From the IMG/VR virus record IMGVR_UViG_3300033068_001655: 35,481 nucleotides of DNA; one strand, written 5' to 3'. The position numbers and the translations under genes were made by a program. This stretch comes from a virus (lineage: Duplodnaviria > Heunggongvirae > Uroviricota > Caudoviricetes). The notes beneath the pieces were generated by a model. That model did no database searches, was not told where the DNA came from, and saw nothing but the letters and a program-made list of their open reading frames with translations. The stretch's first letter is position 1. Every line of letters starts with the position of its first letter. Positions 32,872 to 35,481 of the stretch are shown here, in pieces.

Positions 32872-35481
32872 ATGGCATTAGTTGTTTTTGAGAGTAGAGT
32901 AAATATGTTAACCGTTGCAACTCCATCTATTGGTGGATATGTAATTGCATATGACTCCACAGATGGAATTTTAAAACAAAAAGATGATCAAGGTGTTATT
33001 ACACCTATTGCTGGTTCAAGTTCACCAGGTTCATTAGCACAAACATTATCGATTGGTAATAATACGGCCACTTATTCTATTGTTTTGGGTGCAGAAACTA
33101 AAATTTCATCAGAAATTGGTGGTGGTCAACTTAGATTAGATAATGGAGTAATTGGTTCAAATATAGTTAATTTATCAACCGATTATGGTGCCTTAGCACA
33201 ATCATATTTATATATGAGTAGTAATTCAACGACACTAAAATCAGTAAATGCTAGTTTATCACTTACAACCATTTTTTCAAATCTTCAAGTAAATAGTAGT
33301 AACCTCATATCAATTAGAACCAATAATGTATTTGTAACTATAAATGGGTTTAGAGTTTTAGATTTTACAACATCAACATCAACTGGTGCTACAGGTAATA
33401 GAGTAAGTGCCTTAATTTCAACTAGTAATTCAAAGTTAAACGCAGGTGTTTTTAATACTGTAGTATTAGGTGGTAGTGGTATAACTGGTGCAACATCGAA
33501 TTCAGTTTACACACCAAATCTTTATGTAAAAGATGGTGGTTTTGTTAAAGGAACTAGTGGATTAGGTAAATTAACCTTTAATAATGATAATGAGGTTTAC
33601 TTATCATCAGGTGATAATTTAATAGGTGTACTGGGTGCTAATAGTACAGTGATGAATAATTATAATGGTATTTTTATTACAGATAATGTTGATACTATTA
33701 CTACAACTACGATAGAATCTAACACATTCATATCTACTTCAAATACAACTGTTGATAGTGGTTTAACTAATGTTGTTGTTATAGGTGGTAATACTTTAAG
33801 TATCACACAATCTAATACAACTTATATTGGAGGTTCTGTTAGTATAGGAAACTCTTATATGTTGCCTAGTGAAGACGGCACATCTGGACAAGTTATTAAA
33901 ACAGATGGTCTTGGTAATACTTATTGGGGTCCTCTTTCTGGTAATCTTGTTGAGATCACATCTGCTAGTTTCTCTGCATTAAGTGGTGTATTTGAACCAG
34001 GTACTACTTATAAAATATTAGATGCGGATAGTTCATTATATGGTGGAACTGAAATATATTTAACTACAAATGCTAGTGGTGTTTTAAATGAAACAGGTGT
34101 TGGTAAGTTTTATAATCCAAAATATGACCAACTATTAGATGGATTTGGTATATGGGCAAGTTCTAGTTCTTATACAAGTGGTGATTCTGCATTTTGGGGT
34201 GGTTATGCTTGGTTGAATAATTCTTCTAGTAATTTTGATGCACCAGTTGATATATTTACACTTAGTGGTAATGAGTGGGACTTAATTCCATATGATGATA
34301 CTTTTTCACAGTTTTATTATAGTGTTGCATATGATGAGATAAAGTATGACTGGGTAAATGACTTAATCATTTATAGAAATGAGAAAAACTCAAATATAGT
34401 TAGTAGTAGTGTTGAAGATACTAATTATTGGTTAGATTATTTCGGGTATAGTGCTATTAAAGTATTTCAATGGGGTAACGTTTACAGTTTCGGTGATTCT
34501 AAAGGAATTGGTAATAATATAATTACAAACTCATATAACGAAAATATCAACTTTACAGGTTTATATCAATTAAATTTGGTCTTTAATGGTAAAAGTTATC
34601 AAAGTAATGTGATTTTTGATAATACGTCATATCAAGAAGCTATAAAACTTAATAATTTTAGTCGTCAGGTAAATATATCTTTTGTTAATTATAGTTATCA
34701 AAATACTTTAATATTTGATGGTAGTTTTCAAACTAACTTAACATTTAACGGTAGTTCTCAAGGTAATTTAGTATTATCTGGAAGTTCAAAACAAAATAAT
34801 TTATTGTTTATAGATAGTTCACAAAATAATATTAGATTAGAAAATGGTTCGTATCAAGAATATATGTCATTTGATAAATCTACGCAAATTAATATATTCT
34901 TTGATAATTATTCTTTTCAAAATAGCATAGATCTTTATAATACATCAACTCAGAATTCTCTGTATTTTGATACAGGTTCATATCAATCAAATATTACTTT
35001 ATATAATAACTCTGCACAAAATAATTTAAAACTTGAGAATTCTTCAGTACAAACGAATTTAACAGAGACATCTGGGTTTATACAATATAATGTTAAATTT
35101 GATAATTATATTTGGAATAGAATTGCACAACCAATGAGTGCAGATGAACGAGATCTTACTTTAACTAGTAATAAATTAAGTTATCAAACTCCTTTTGATC
35201 AAACTAATAAAGGTATTGGTGAAGTTGTTTTCTTTGGTACTGCATCAAGTGCTCTTTACCCAGGTTATATCTACCAATTTAGTACAACAGGAGAATGGGT
35301 AATTGCAGATTTTAGTACTGAATCAACCGCAAAAGGTTTATTAGCAGTTGCATTAGGTGAATATGTATCAGATGGTTTATTGACAAGAGGATATGTAACA
35401 TTTGATTTATCACCATATGGGGTAATGACACTTGGTTCTACACTTTATTTATGGGATAATGGAGTATTTAATGATATACCT
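32872..35481 (+). CDS. Large fibre-like virion protein, 3' partial (at least 870 aa, not in ORF track)
   Basis: Frame checked open from ATG 32872 to the window end; SLAQTLSIGN, LPSEDGTSGQVIKTDGLGNTYW and S-x-Q solenoid repeats. Confidence 0.82.
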   Translation, partial: MALVVFESRVNMLTVATPSIGGYVIAYDSTDGILKQKDDQGVITPIAGSSSPGSLAQTLSIGNNTATYSIVLGAETKISSEIGGGQLRLDNGVIGSNIVNLSTDYGALAQSYLYMSSNSTTLKSVNASLSLTTIFSNLQVNSSNLISIRTNNVFVTINGFRVLDFTTSTSTGATGNRVSALISTSNSKLNAGVFNTVVLGGSGITGATSNSVYTPNLYVKDGGFVKGTSGLGKLTFNNDNEVYLSSGDNLIGVLGANSTVMNNYNGIFITDNVDTITTTTIESNTFISTSNTTVDSGLTNVVVIGGNTLSITQSNTTYIGGSVSIGNSYMLPSEDGTSGQVIKTDGLGNTYWGPLSGNLVEITSASFSALSGVFEPGTTYKILDADSSLYGGTEIYLTTNASGVLNETGVGKFYNPKYDQLLDGFGIWASSSSYTSGDSAFWGGYAWLNNSSSNFDAPVDIFTLSGNEWDLIPYDDTFSQFYYSVAYDEIKYDWVNDLIIYRNEKNSNIVSSSVEDTNYWLDYFGYSAIKVFQWGNVYSFGDSKGIGNNIITNSYNENINFTGLYQLNLVFNGKSYQSNVIFDNTSYQEAIKLNNFSRQVNISFVNYSYQNTLIFDGSFQTNLTFNGSSQGNLVLSGSSKQNNLLFIDSSQNNIRLENGSYQEYMSFDKSTQINIFFDNYSFQNSIDLYNTSTQNSLYFDTGSYQSNITLYNNSAQNNLKLENSSVQTNLTETSGFIQYNVKFDNYIWNRIAQPMSADERDLTLTSNKLSYQTPFDQTNKGIGEVVFFGTASSALYPGYIYQFSTTGEWVIADFSTESTAKGLLAVALGEYVSDGLLTRGYVTFDLSPYGVMTLGSTLYLWDNGVFNDIP

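Noticed and set aside
1-35481. Stop-codon reassignment as in some jumbo phages
   Set aside because: Long genes are intact in code 11, TAG ends genes at sensible positions (329, 8026), and no CUA, UUA or UCA suppressor anticodon was found.

Overview
AT-rich segment of a large, probably jumbo, tailed-phage genome that uses the standard genetic code. Repeated TAnnTTTG (-7) promoters point to a Bacteroidota host. The window holds 23 tRNA or tRNA-like genes in three operons plus a Met pair, two HNH endonucleases inside or beside tRNA operons, and an NAD+ salvage block (NAMPT and NadM-Nudix). It also has a CoaB/aldolase fusion, CoaE, a minimal AlaRS, a helicase-MTase-nuclease trio, a second MTase, an ART-like protein and the 5' part of a large fibre-like structural gene. 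Main discovery candidate: each of the three tRNA operons is preceded by an unannotated 29-33 codon leader ORF and an intrinsic terminator, and two of the three show a clear antiterminator. In the two complete operons the leader codons match the tRNAs downstream (Leu/Arg; Ala/Ile-AUA/Glu/Gly/Tyr), and the Thr-rich leader precedes tRNA-Thr. This suggests ribosome-mediated attenuation that makes phage tRNAs on demand. Second candidate: two 81-nt tRNA-like RNAs share a rearranged cloverleaf, with the D-loop placed 3' of the anticodon arm. All calls come from reading the sequence by eye; no searches or folding programs were run.
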